Assembly (NCBI GenBank): GCA_001800355.1 | Contig: MGVF01000129.1 | Location: 1-46,203 of the forward strand | Direction: 5' to 3' | Length of the DNA stretch: 46,203 bases | Origin: Elusimicrobia bacterium RIFOXYA2_FULL_50_26 | GTDB taxonomy: Bacteria; Elusimicrobiota; Endomicrobiia; Endomicrobiales; XYA2-FULL-47-53 | Shown here: piece by piece, positions 17,883 through 26,640 of the stretch | Position numbering within the stretch: position 1 is the first letter of the stretch | Layout of the letters: each line of letters starts with the position of its first letter | The notes under the pieces: generated by a model | Databases searched by the model: none | What the model was told of the DNA's origin: nothing | Seen by the model: only the letters and a program-made list of their open reading frames with translations | Program-made: the position numbers and the translations under genes

Positions 17883-19739
17883 TCATTGCGCGCGATAAAG
17901 TTCCACAACCCTCGCCTTTTGGGGTTCCTTAAGCTCGTAAGGTTCTTCCCCGGGAAAAAACGGCGGCGCCTTCATCTGTGCAAGCGCGGTGTCGAATTCT
18001 GTTTCCAAACCCCATCCTTTGGTGCGAGCCGAGTTTAAGGTAGGCAAAGGGTGGTGGCGCAGGAATGACCCGCAATGCCTGATGAGGCCGGCGTACGCTG
18101 TATAGTTATTTTCAATATCCAGGTAACCTTCTACGCCGAATCCGCCCTGGGGGGTCATTACCACGGCATGGAGTGTAAGTTCATTAGCATCCGTAGCGGC
18201 ATCCTTTTTAACCAGCACGTTTTGGTTCCAGGATATAAGGGATATTACAGTATCGGCATTGGGTATGCCTCCGCCATATTTTACACTGCCACTGATATAG
18301 ACGGTGTTAGTGGCTGCCAGCGTTGTTTTGGATTTGTTGCTGACCTCGCCTTTAACTGTCAGATCTCCATTGGCGTATATAAGGAAATATGGATCGGCTA
18401 TTTTCCATACGTATTGTTCCACGGTTTCGGTGTCTGATACCGTGGTTATAATGTATTGAGTGGTTGTAAAATCCGGGCCAAGATTGTTGATTTCAACTGT
18501 AGCGCTTCCGGTTATGTATGCAGTCATGTCCATGGATTCTATGCTGCCGTCGTTGCACAATACATTGGTATGATTTCTGTCCAGAAATATCGTATTAGCA
18601 GACAGTGCAGGGATCGCCGCAGTGGTCAGCCTTCCATAGTAGGCGGCTCTTCTTTGCTTGTCGGCGGTTATGTTGTCCGGGAAAAATTTTTCATCAACCC
18701 TTCGCACTGAATTGTCCGAGCCATCGCTTTTCTTTACAGTGGTCAGGCCTATGGTCGTGCCGTCCGGATTATAGTATATCACAGGCGGATCCGCTGCTAT
18801 ATTGGATACCATCATACTGCCGTCATACTTTGCATCGCCTTCCGAGTAGAATTGGTAGGTGCTGTAGACATCGCCGGTGTATGATACACTGTCATATATT
18901 CGCGTTCCGCCAATTGCGCCGTCAATGGTATTGTAGATGGTAAAAAGGTTGTACTTTGAAAGAAGGCGCGCCAAATGCACGTTTATAGTCCGGTCCCTGT
19001 CTGAGAATATGGATGTGTGTGAACGTACGGTTACGGTTTTACCGCGCACCCCTGCCGCGTTTATAGGTGTTGATTCCACTTCAAAACCGTAGCGCATCGT
19101 AACGTCGTTAACTTTTGCCGTTATACTCCTCGGATTCAGGCTGAGAGGCGCATTTGCATCAAAAAGGCGCACCACAATTTCGTAGCGGTTTTCCCCCAAC
19201 GTTTCGTTGAGTCTCATCACGGCATATTTACTATCTTCGATTACAAAATCAAGCGACTGGGGTAGATCGGCGTTGGCGGGATCGGCAGCGTTGAGCGGAT
19301 TGTAATTGAGCCATTCTGTCCAAAAGAGCGTGCGCAGCGCCGGATCTGCTTTTGTATATGTTGCCACATTGTCATAAGTAATGGGAACGTAAGTCCCGTC
19401 TCCTTGCAAAATTCCCAAGTTTATGCGTTCCTCAAGGCGGGATAACTTCTTTTCCAGCGCCGCCAGCCCGCGCTGTACGCCGGCATCGGCGATAAAGGCT
19501 GCCTGGTTGGTTTTAACCATGGTAACCAGCGAACGGCTGTTCTCAATAGCGCGAAAGCTAAGGTACAACAATGTACTTAACACAAAAAATGCTATGAACA
19601 GCACCGTAATCAGCGCTATGCCCGGGCTGCCTGCCAATTTTATCCTGCCCGGCGCCTGCCGGCAGTTCAAGTAAACGCTCTCACGCGGTGGCGTCAAACC
19701 GTGATCTTTGCCCCAAAACCGGTTAGAAGTTTGTTCCAT
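17883..19739 (-). CDS. large PilX-N-like / GspK-like pilus-associated protein
   Basis: N-terminal GSPGIALITVLFIAFFVLSTLL resembles the PilX N-terminal hydrophobic segment. Overlaps the upstream pilin gene by 17 nt. The rest of the protein has no motif I recognise. Confidence 0.45.
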   Translation of the reverse strand: MEQTSNRFWGKDHGLTPPRESVYLNCRQAPGRIKLAGSPGIALITVLFIAFFVLSTLLYLSFRAIENSRSLVTMVKTNQAAFIADAGVQRGLAALEKKLSRLEERINLGILQGDGTYVPITYDNVATYTKADPALRTLFWTEWLNYNPLNAADPANADLPQSLDFVIEDSKYAVMRLNETLGENRYEIVVRLFDANAPLSLNPRSITAKVNDVTMRYGFEVESTPINAAGVRGKTVTVRSHTSIFSDRDRTINVHLARLLSKYNLFTIYNTIDGAIGGTRIYDSVSYTGDVYSTYQFYSEGDAKYDGSMMVSNIAADPPVIYYNPDGTTIGLTTVKKSDGSDNSVRRVDEKFFPDNITADKQRRAAYYGRLTTAAIPALSANTIFLDRNHTNVLCNDGSIESMDMTAYITGSATVEINNLGPDFTTTQYIITTVSDTETVEQYVWKIADPYFLIYANGDLTVKGEVSNKSKTTLAATNTVYISGSVKYGGGIPNADTVISLISWNQNVLVKKDAATDANELTLHAVVMTPQGGFGVEGYLDIENNYTAYAGLIRHCGSFLRHHPLPTLNSARTKGWGLETEFDTALAQMKAPPFFPGEEPYELKEPQKARVVELYRAQ

Positions 19740-20385
19740 ATAGCAGGTTCTCCAGTAGTACGAAATATTCTTTCTTTATTACAATATCCGCTTTTTCAAG
19801 TTCCATGTATACGCGTACGGTGCTTGCCGCATACCCGTCGGTTATGCGTTCTTGTATGCCGTCCGATGCATTGCCGGAATTGAAATAATTAAATTCAAGC
19901 GTTTTTATGCGCTCGTTGGCGCCGCTAAACTGCATAATTTTTTCTTCTATTACTGTAACGGTATCTGTCCCGTCGCTTATTCTCCTGTGTTGCGCCCGTT
20001 CAACCAGTTGCCCGTTTTCAAGCCCGAAATAAGTCCAAATATCGTTGTCGTCCATCTCTGAGACAGTAGTGCCGGAATCTTTCGAAAAAAAAACTATGGA
20101 AGAGCTTCCGGATATGCTCGGCAAATCCCTGAAAACCTGCAAAAGATTGGATGATGAATTAGGCATGCCATCACCGGCCTTTCTAAATGCCACGGAAAGC
20201 GTTGACATTATGCGTGTTGCGTCGGTTTGCATCTCGCTTTCCGCCTGGGAACGCAACTGTGTTTCCATCAGGTACTGTTTTGAGCTTGCAATGGCCAACG
20301 CAAGTATGCCCACTATGGCAATGCTCATAATTGCTTCAGTCATGGTAAACCCGCCGCAGCGGGATTTGTGCAGTTTCATAATCAT
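19723..20385 (-). CDS. prepilin-type N-terminal cleavage/methylation domain protein (minor pilin/pseudopilin)
   Basis: MKLHKSRCGGFTMTEAIMSIAIVGILALA matches the G|FT(L/M)xE class III signal. Start is 20385 or 20379. Confidence 0.75.
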   Translation of the reverse strand: MIMKLHKSRCGGFTMTEAIMSIAIVGILALAIASSKQYLMETQLRSQAESEMQTDATRIMSTLSVAFRKAGDGMPNSSSNLLQVFRDLPSISGSSSIVFFSKDSGTTVSEMDDNDIWTYFGLENGQLVERAQHRRISDGTDTVTVIEEKIMQFSGANERIKTLEFNYFNSGNASDGIQERITDGYAASTVRVYMELEKADIVIKKEYFVLLENLLYGTNF

Positions 20386-23078
20386 TATTTCGTTGAGGCG
20401 CCGGTAGCCGTAACGTTTATCGCCACTATGTTGGAATATTCTATGTATCCGTTCATCGCCAGGAATGCGCGCAGCTGTACCGTGCCGCCTATATTGGACG
20501 AAGTTTTAAGTGTTGTGGTCAAACTGTTGCCCGTGGGAGAGATGGAGCAGATATCATTATCAGGTTGCAATTCTATACCGTCTTTGTCCAGGGCCTGCCA
20601 GTGCAGGTTGGCAGTGGTAATGCCGGGGCCTGAAATAGTGGCTGTAAATACCTGGGATGATGAAAATCCCATGGATATAGGGGTAGCCGCCGGAGCAATT
20701 GAAACAGTCATATTAGGTACAACTGTCCATGACCTCGTGTAAGTTGTGCTGTATGTCGGCGGATCAACATTTTTTGGATACTCGGCAATTCCTTTTATGC
20801 TAAATTTGGCTCCGAGTTTTTCTGTCGCAGTAAGCTCTACCCAGTATTCATTATTAGCGGGGCTGGTGGTAGGGTTAGTAACAATGCTGTGACTTGCCAG
20901 CCCGCCATCGGGATCCGTGGCAATGGACGACTCATCGTATTGAGTTGAGTCCAGCAGCACTCCATTCAGTTTCGTAGCTACACGCTCGTATATGGTTGTC
21001 CCGGCTTTTATAGTGCTTCCTCCGTTAATAAACGTAGTAAATGAATCGCCGCCTGTTATTTGCAAAAGCATGTTACCGATGGGCGATGTGTAAGTCGCGG
21101 AGAATGGAAGCGTCTGCGGGCCATACGGGTCGGCCCCTGCCAGCGGCGTATAGTCAAATTGCAGATAAGGCGTAATTGTCAGGTTAACCTGCACAGCGTT
21201 TTGCGGTGTGCAATAGTATGGGTATTCCGTTGCATCTGTTTCAATGGATGTTCCACGTTTCTCGCTTGTGAAGGATGGCTTCAGACATCCTATGGTTTCA
21301 ATGTCCGATAAGCCGCCTTCCGCATTTGAAATAGTGTATGTAACTTTTCTTGAGAGATTGGTTATACTTCCAACGGGCAAGTCAAGAGCTCTAAAGTAAA
21401 TACCATAAATGCCGCTGCCATCAACTCCCCATTCTTCATTGGATTTGATGAAACCTAGCCCGGGTAGATTAAAGTCAGAGGGATTTATACCGTGTCCTTT
21501 ATAATTCATCCAGATGCTTAATTGTGTGGTTGCTCCCCTTGCCAACGATATGTCTATACCATCGGTGGCGTTTAAACTCTGTTCCTCGTCTAAGATAGCT
21601 GTTCCGAACGTTCCTTTCCATGTGTTTGAATCCAAATTTTTTGTTACAGATACTGTCTGGTCCGCGGTTGCAACCCTGGTATTACTACCAATGGCGCTTG
21701 ATTCCTGTTTCGCCAGAATTCGCTGGTAGCCGAGTATTTGAATATTCAGCTTGATCTTACGTTCTGTGGCATTGGGGTCGGATGTCGAATTTACTGCAAT
21801 GTTATTAAATGTTATTATTCCGTTTATGTCTGTGCTGCCCCTGGCGAAATTTTCATCATTGCTGCCTATGCGTAAAACCTGGTTCGTCTCAAAGTCAAGA
21901 AGTTCTACGTGGGTATATTGTAGTGAATTGGAGCTGGTGTCCTTTACGTTTACGGTATAATTACCGTATTTTTTTGCTACAAGATTAAAGTTTACCGTTA
22001 ATACGGAATTTTTATCCAAAGTAATATCGTGGTCCGGCATTATGGAAAAATAATCGGTTTTTGATATTTTTTTAACATAATATCCGGCGTGGGTGTCATG
22101 GCTCGTAACAGGTATCGGTATATTGAATGTCGCATTTCCATCGGCGCCTGTAAACCCTGTGTAAGTTGCCGAATTGACAAGAGGCGCCGGAACCGTAGGC
22201 GGGACGCCTGCGCGGTAACTTATTTCCACGGTTACGCCTTGAATTGGTGCCATGCCTCCAAGAAGGTCTTGCACGTTAATATTGACAGTTGTAATGTATA
22301 CGGTTTGCATGGTGCCGTTTATGGTTAAGTCATTCTGGCCTGCAAGTGAAATATCCTCAATCTCGGCCGGCCAGTAACCTTCCCTGGTGGCTGTAATAGT
22401 GTATTTCTGTACCTGTGAAGCGATATAATTGTGGAACCCGTAATTGCCCGCGTCGTTAGTGTTGGTTTCACGCATAAAAGTTCCAGTTCCAATTGTTACT
22501 ACTGCTGTGGGTATGCCGCCTCCGCTGTCTTCATCCAAAAACGTCCCCGAAATATTTATGACGCCCATGGCTGAACGTATGTCAAGCGCGTCGGGCGAAG
22601 GTTTCTTTATGATGGTTTCAACGCTTATGGGTGAAAACCGTGAAGGAGAGATGCTATCGCGCAGGGTAACTTTAACTACGCGGTATTCTGCCAACGTATT
22701 GACATTTACGGTGCTTACCTCAACCTTTCGGAATAATTGCAGACGTTCTTCGTTTGCAGCGGATGCCCCTTCCGAGAAGAACGATCGTGGATAAGTTTCC
22801 AGCGTTTCAGCACCGTCGCCGACTACAAAATTAGTGAAACCTATGGGTTTTGGGCTGGGCGGCACGTTGCCTGCCGAATCGCGTTCCGGTATACGGGCTA
22901 TTTTCTGGAAGTTTTCAAGCTCATCGTTGGCAAACTGTAACGCCTGGTTTTTAACTTTAGAATGCATGAACGATTTGCTGAGCGACAAAAAACCCTGGAC
23001 AGCGCCAAGGATGACTATGGTGAAAACTGCAACTGCAATGACTACCTCGGTAAGTGTAAGTCCGCGTTGATTTTTCAT
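20385..23078 (-). CDS. giant pilin-like protein with CarboxypepD_reg-like beta-sandwich repeats
   Basis: MKNQRGLTLTEVVIAVAVFTIVILGA prepilin signal, with GGAG 8 nt upstream of ATG 23078 (track TTG 23093 less likely). Three repeats of type ISGTFLDEDSGGGIPTAVVTI...TNDAGNYGF, IQGVTVEISY...TGADGNATFNI and VNVKDTSS...STDINGIITFNNI. Confidence 0.75.
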   Translation of the reverse strand: MKNQRGLTLTEVVIAVAVFTIVILGAVQGFLSLSKSFMHSKVKNQALQFANDELENFQKIARIPERDSAGNVPPSPKPIGFTNFVVGDGAETLETYPRSFFSEGASAANEERLQLFRKVEVSTVNVNTLAEYRVVKVTLRDSISPSRFSPISVETIIKKPSPDALDIRSAMGVINISGTFLDEDSGGGIPTAVVTIGTGTFMRETNTNDAGNYGFHNYIASQVQKYTITATREGYWPAEIEDISLAGQNDLTINGTMQTVYITTVNINVQDLLGGMAPIQGVTVEISYRAGVPPTVPAPLVNSATYTGFTGADGNATFNIPIPVTSHDTHAGYYVKKISKTDYFSIMPDHDITLDKNSVLTVNFNLVAKKYGNYTVNVKDTSSNSLQYTHVELLDFETNQVLRIGSNDENFARGSTDINGIITFNNIAVNSTSDPNATERKIKLNIQILGYQRILAKQESSAIGSNTRVATADQTVSVTKNLDSNTWKGTFGTAILDEEQSLNATDGIDISLARGATTQLSIWMNYKGHGINPSDFNLPGLGFIKSNEEWGVDGSGIYGIYFRALDLPVGSITNLSRKVTYTISNAEGGLSDIETIGCLKPSFTSEKRGTSIETDATEYPYYCTPQNAVQVNLTITPYLQFDYTPLAGADPYGPQTLPFSATYTSPIGNMLLQITGGDSFTTFINGGSTIKAGTTIYERVATKLNGVLLDSTQYDESSIATDPDGGLASHSIVTNPTTSPANNEYWVELTATEKLGAKFSIKGIAEYPKNVDPPTYSTTYTRSWTVVPNMTVSIAPAATPISMGFSSSQVFTATISGPGITTANLHWQALDKDGIELQPDNDICSISPTGNSLTTTLKTSSNIGGTVQLRAFLAMNGYIEYSNIVAINVTATGASTK

Positions 23079-23146
23079 GGTAGTTTGCTCCAATCGGTAT
23101 TTGACGTAAAGAATTATGACTTATCGTAAGGTAGTGGGTGCGAATA

Positions 23147-23203
23147 GTGAAAAAGATGTAAAAAAGATGTGAAACGGATGTGAAAAACTATAATTATTAT
23201 AGT
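23147..23203. promoter_or_regulatory. phased GATGT(G/A)AAA repeats plus AT-rich palindrome in divergent intergenic region
   Basis: GATGT at 23155, 23166 and 23177 (11-bp period), each followed by an A-tract. ACTATAAT-T-ATTATAGT palindrome at 23187-23203. Confidence 0.35.
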
Positions 23204-23273
23204 GATATTAAAGCACTATAATATAGCATGAAAAGGGGTAAACGGCAAGCATTTTTTGAATTTGATTTGAAAA

Positions 23274-23302
23274 TTGACTTTTAGGGCGCAAATAGCTACA
23301 AT
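23274..23302 (+). promoter_or_regulatory. sigma-70-like promoter for thrC
   Basis: TTGACT (23274-23279)-17 nt-TACAAT (23297-23302), 43 nt upstream of the ATG. Confidence 0.55.
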
Positions 23303-23344
23303 GAAAATGAATGCACGCAAAATCTATATGACGAGGGAATACGA

Positions 23345-24436
23345 ATGTCCTACCATGGAATAATAGAGCATTACCGCCGGTACCTGCCTGTTACGGATAA
23401 AACGCCTGTCATCACGCTTTGCGAGGGTAATACGCCGCTTATACCAGCGCCGCGGCTTGCGGAAAAAACCGGGTTCCCGGGGAAAATATTTCTTAAATAC
23501 GAGGGGCTTAACCCGAGCGGATCGTTTAAGGACCGCGGCATGGCCATGGCCATATCCAAGGCCGTCGAAGAGGGCAGCCGCGCCGTGATATGCGCCTCGA
23601 CGGGAAATACGTCCGCCTCGGCGGCCGCCTACTCCGCGCGCGCCGGCATAGGGTGCGTGGTGCTTATCCCTGAGGGGAAAATCGCGCTGGGCAAGTTATC
23701 GCAGGCGCTTGTTCATAATGCCACGGTGCTTTCAATTGAGGGAAATTTCGACGAGGCGCTGCAGCTTGTGCGCGAGTTAAGCGAACAGTACCCGATTACG
23801 CTTGTAAATTCCGTTAACCCTTACCGCATAGAAGGGCAGAAAACTGGCGCATTTGAAATATGCGACGACTTGGGGCAGGCGCCGGATTTCCAGTTCATGC
23901 CCGTGGGAAACGCCGGCAACATTACGGCATACTGGAAAGGATATAAAGAGTATCATTCCATTTTCGGCGACCGGTTCGGCCTTCCCAAAATGATGGGTTT
24001 CCAGGCGCACGGTTCGGCGCCTATCGTGCTTGGGCATCCGGTTGAAAAGCCGGAGACGATTGCCACGGCTATCCGCATAGGCAATCCCGCATCGTGGAAA
24101 ACGGCCGTTGCCGCGCGCGACGAGTCCGGCGGCGCGATAGATACTGTTACCGACGATGAGATTATTGAAGCGTATACAATGCTTGCGGCAACCGAGGGCG
24201 TTTTCTGCGAGCCGGCGTCCGCCGCGTCCGTGGCGGGGCTGATAAAATATGCCAAAGACAGGCGCTTCGACGGTGTAGATCCCGCTTCCGGCACGCTAAA
24301 GGCCGTCTGCATACTCACAGGCCACGGCCTTAAAGACCCGGACCGCGCCATAGCCTGCGCCGGGAAGCCAAAAAAGGTAAAAGCCGATATTAATGACATA
24401 TTGAAACATATCACGGGTGCCGGGTTAAAATTTTAA
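23345..24436 (+). CDS. thrC: threonine synthase
   Basis: LNPSGSFKDRGMAMAISKAVEEG PLP-lysine motif and GNAGNITAYWKGY; 363 aa. Confidence 0.9.
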   Translation: MSYHGIIEHYRRYLPVTDKTPVITLCEGNTPLIPAPRLAEKTGFPGKIFLKYEGLNPSGSFKDRGMAMAISKAVEEGSRAVICASTGNTSASAAAYSARAGIGCVVLIPEGKIALGKLSQALVHNATVLSIEGNFDEALQLVRELSEQYPITLVNSVNPYRIEGQKTGAFEICDDLGQAPDFQFMPVGNAGNITAYWKGYKEYHSIFGDRFGLPKMMGFQAHGSAPIVLGHPVEKPETIATAIRIGNPASWKTAVAARDESGGAIDTVTDDEIIEAYTMLAATEGVFCEPASAASVAGLIKYAKDRRFDGVDPASGTLKAVCILTGHGLKDPDRAIACAGKPKKVKADINDILKHITGAGLKF

Positions 24437-24441
24437 CGTCT

Positions 24442-24644
24442 CCCCCTCACCCTGCCCTCTCCCCGAAGGGGCGAGGGTCAGCGGCTTAAATTTCTTCTCC
24501 CCGCAGGGGCGAGGGTCAGCGGTTTAAATTTCCTCTCCCCGTCGGGGCGATGGTTAGCGGCTTAAATTTCCTCTCCCCGAAGGGGCGATGGTTAGCGGCT
24601 TAAATTTCCTCTCCCCGTCGGGGAGAGGATTAAGGTGAGGGGGG
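24442..24644. repeat. R1 mosaic element, 5 hairpin units in 38-bp tandem
   Basis: Units start at 24456, 24494, 24532, 24570 and 24608 (exact 38-bp period): CCTCTCCCC-NNN-GGGGCGA(G/T)GG-T(C/T)AGCGG(C/T)TTAAATTT. Ends with GGGGAGAGGATTAAGGTGAGGGGGG. Confidence 0.9.
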
Positions 24645-24689
24645 AGTTAATGTATTTTACCGTGCGGATGTGTAAACACAGGAGGCCTC

Positions 24690-24989
24690 ATGGAAGAGAA
24701 AAAGAAGCCCGAGATACAGATTGAAATTGATGAGCAGACCGCCCAGGGTGTGTATGTAAATCTTGCCATGATAGGGCATTCGGAGAACGAGATCGTTTTT
24801 GATTTCATCTTTATCCAGCCGCAGGCGCCCAAGGCCAAGGTGCGCTCCCGCATCGTTACCTCGCCCGGCCATGCCAAGCGGCTGCTTGCTGCGCTGCAGG
24901 ACAACATCGCCAGGTACGAGGCGCGCTTCGGCGCCATAAAAACCGCCCAACCCCCCGAAGAGGAAAAAAAAGTAGGGTTTTATCATTAA
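24690..24989 (+). CDS. DUF3467 domain protein
   Basis: IEIDEQTAQGVYVNLAMIGHSENEIVFDFIFIQP matches the DUF3467 core as I recall it. AGGAGG RBS upstream. Confidence 0.65.
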   Translation: MEEKKKPEIQIEIDEQTAQGVYVNLAMIGHSENEIVFDFIFIQPQAPKAKVRSRIVTSPGHAKRLLAALQDNIARYEARFGAIKTAQPPEEEKKVGFYH

Positions 24990-25050
24990 CGTAAGCTGAT
25001 GTTTGTAGGGCGCGATCCCCGCATCGCGCCGGCCGTTGAAGTTCGCCGTG

Positions 25051-25199
25051 ATGCCGTTTAGTTAAGATTTTTATCTTCACCAAATCAGTTTCCTCTCCCC
25101 TCCGGGGAGAGGATTAAGGTGAGGGGTGGTTCAATATTCCGACGAACTCCCCCTCATCCTGGCCTTCTCCCCGGCGGGGAGAAGGAACATTAGCTAAAT
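25051..25199 (-). mobile_element. R1 bipartite element with ATGCCGTTTAG outer arm (one end shortened)
   Basis: About 150 bp that is roughly 93% identical to the reverse complement of 35545-35695. Confidence 0.8.
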
Positions 25200-25217
25200 A
25201 GGGAATTAGAGGTTTTT

Positions 25218-26477
25218 ATGCGTGTGGCGGTTGTGTGCGTGGGGACGGAGCTTTTGGCGGGGAAGGTCAATACAAACGCCGCTTTTATCGGCGAGCGGTT
25301 GGATTGCCTGGGGCTTGAGCTTTCTTCCTGCATCACGGTGGGCGACAGGCGCGCGGACATGGAAAACGTGTTTGCCGGCGCGGTCGCGGGTAACGACATT
25401 GTTATAATCACCGGCGGGCTGGGGCCGACGTTCGACGATATTACGCGCGAGGCGGTTGCGGACGCGCTTAAAACCGGGCTTGAAACCGACGCGGGCGCGC
25501 TTGCGGCGGTGCGGCAGTTTTTTGACGGGCGCGGAATACCGATGCCGCCGAATAACGAGCGCCAGGCGCAGGTGATTTCCGGCGCGCGGCTTATCGGAAA
25601 CCGTGTCGGCACCGCGCCGGGACAGATTATCGAGCATGAGCGGCGAGTTATTTTCCTCTTGCCGGGGCCGCCTAAGGAAATGCAGCAGATGTTCGATGAG
25701 TCCGTTATGCCGTACCTGAGGCAATTCGAGGCCGGCATAAAGAAACATTTTACGCTGCATGTTTTCGGCATGGGCGAGTCGGCGGTTGACGAAAAGATAC
25801 GCCCGGTTATAGAATCCGCGCGCGCGGGCGATGGCGGTTGCACGGATTTTACCATACTTGCGCACCAGATGATCATTGACATCAAGGCAAGCTGCCGGGG
25901 CAGGGATGAACTGCTGGCCGATGAAACCCTTGCGGTGCTGAAATCCGAATTTTACCGTGTGCTGGGCGGTAATATTTTCGGCGAGGGCGCGCAGTCGCTT
26001 GAATCCGTTGCCGGCGAGTTGCTTAATAAACATCATAAAACCATAGCTTTGGCCGAATCATGCACCGGCGGGTTGATTGCCGATAAGCTTACATCCGTTG
26101 CCGGCAGCTCGTTATATTTCAGGGAAGCGGTTGTTGCATATTCGAACGAAGCCAAGATAGCGCGGCTGGGCGTAAAACATGATACGCTTGCGGCGCACGG
26201 GGCCGTCGCGGCTGAGACGGCGCGCGAGATGGCCGAAGGCATTTTAAAAACGTCCGGCGCATCGCTGGGATTGTCTGTTACCGGCATTGCCGGCCCCGGC
26301 GGCGGGACGGCGGAAAAGCCCGTGGGGCTGGTATTTATCGGCATTGCCGGCCATGGGATTAAAACCGAAGTGTCGCGTTTTGTATTCGCCGGGCAGCGCA
26401 ACGACATTCGCCACCGCGCCGCCAACCAGGCGCTGGATATTATTAGAAGAAAATTATTAACGTTTGCGAAAAAATAA
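25218..26477 (+). CDS. cinA: CinA family protein (MoCF-binding domain + nicotinamide-nucleotide amidase)
   Basis: MRVAVVCVGTELLAGKVNTNAAFIGERL, ITGGLGPTFDDITRE and C-terminal ALAESCTGGLIADKLT. Confidence 0.9.
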   Translation: MRVAVVCVGTELLAGKVNTNAAFIGERLDCLGLELSSCITVGDRRADMENVFAGAVAGNDIVIITGGLGPTFDDITREAVADALKTGLETDAGALAAVRQFFDGRGIPMPPNNERQAQVISGARLIGNRVGTAPGQIIEHERRVIFLLPGPPKEMQQMFDESVMPYLRQFEAGIKKHFTLHVFGMGESAVDEKIRPVIESARAGDGGCTDFTILAHQMIIDIKASCRGRDELLADETLAVLKSEFYRVLGGNIFGEGAQSLESVAGELLNKHHKTIALAESCTGGLIADKLTSVAGSSLYFREAVVAYSNEAKIARLGVKHDTLAAHGAVAAETAREMAEGILKTSGASLGLSVTGIAGPGGGTAEKPVGLVFIGIAGHGIKTEVSRFVFAGQRNDIRHRAANQALDIIRRKLLTFAKK

Positions 26478-26505
26478 GTGTTTGTGGCGGCAATGGGATG
26501 TAAGT

Positions 26506-26624
26506 CCCCCCTCACCCTGCCCTCTCCCCCAAGGGGCGAGGGTTGAAGGCTTGGAGTTACTCTCCCAGCAGGGGCGAGGGTTGGAGTTCCTCTCCCCGTC
26601 GGGGAGAGGATTAAGTTGAGGGGG
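26506..26624. repeat. R1 mosaic element, 3 hairpin units
   Basis: CCCCCCTCACCCTGCCCTCTCCCCC..GGGGCGAGGG..ACTCTCCC-AGCA-GGGGCGAGGG..CCTCTCCCC-GTC-GGGGAGAGGATTAAGTTGAGGGGG. Confidence 0.85.
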
Positions 26625-26640
26625 AATTGATTGCAAATTG

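Noticed and set aside
24442-24644. CRISPR-like regular repeat array (also 13264-13428 and 31034-31313)
   Set aside because: The period is only 38 bp. The 'spacers' (about 16-21 nt) are near-identical within each array rather than unique. The repeats are themselves hairpins of the dispersed R1 family, and no cas genes are nearby. These are tandem palindromic repeats, not CRISPR.
25190-26036. Long minus-strand ORFs (231 and 276 aa) opposite cinA
   Set aside because: They are fully antisense to a CDS with strong CinA motifs, have Arg/Ala/Pro-rich low-complexity composition typical of GC-rich antisense frames, and show no recognisable motifs. The same reasoning applies to 13414..14237 (opposite uppP), 8312..8818, 12037..12919, 33393..33914, 34012..34569, 35725..36150 and 45326..46063.
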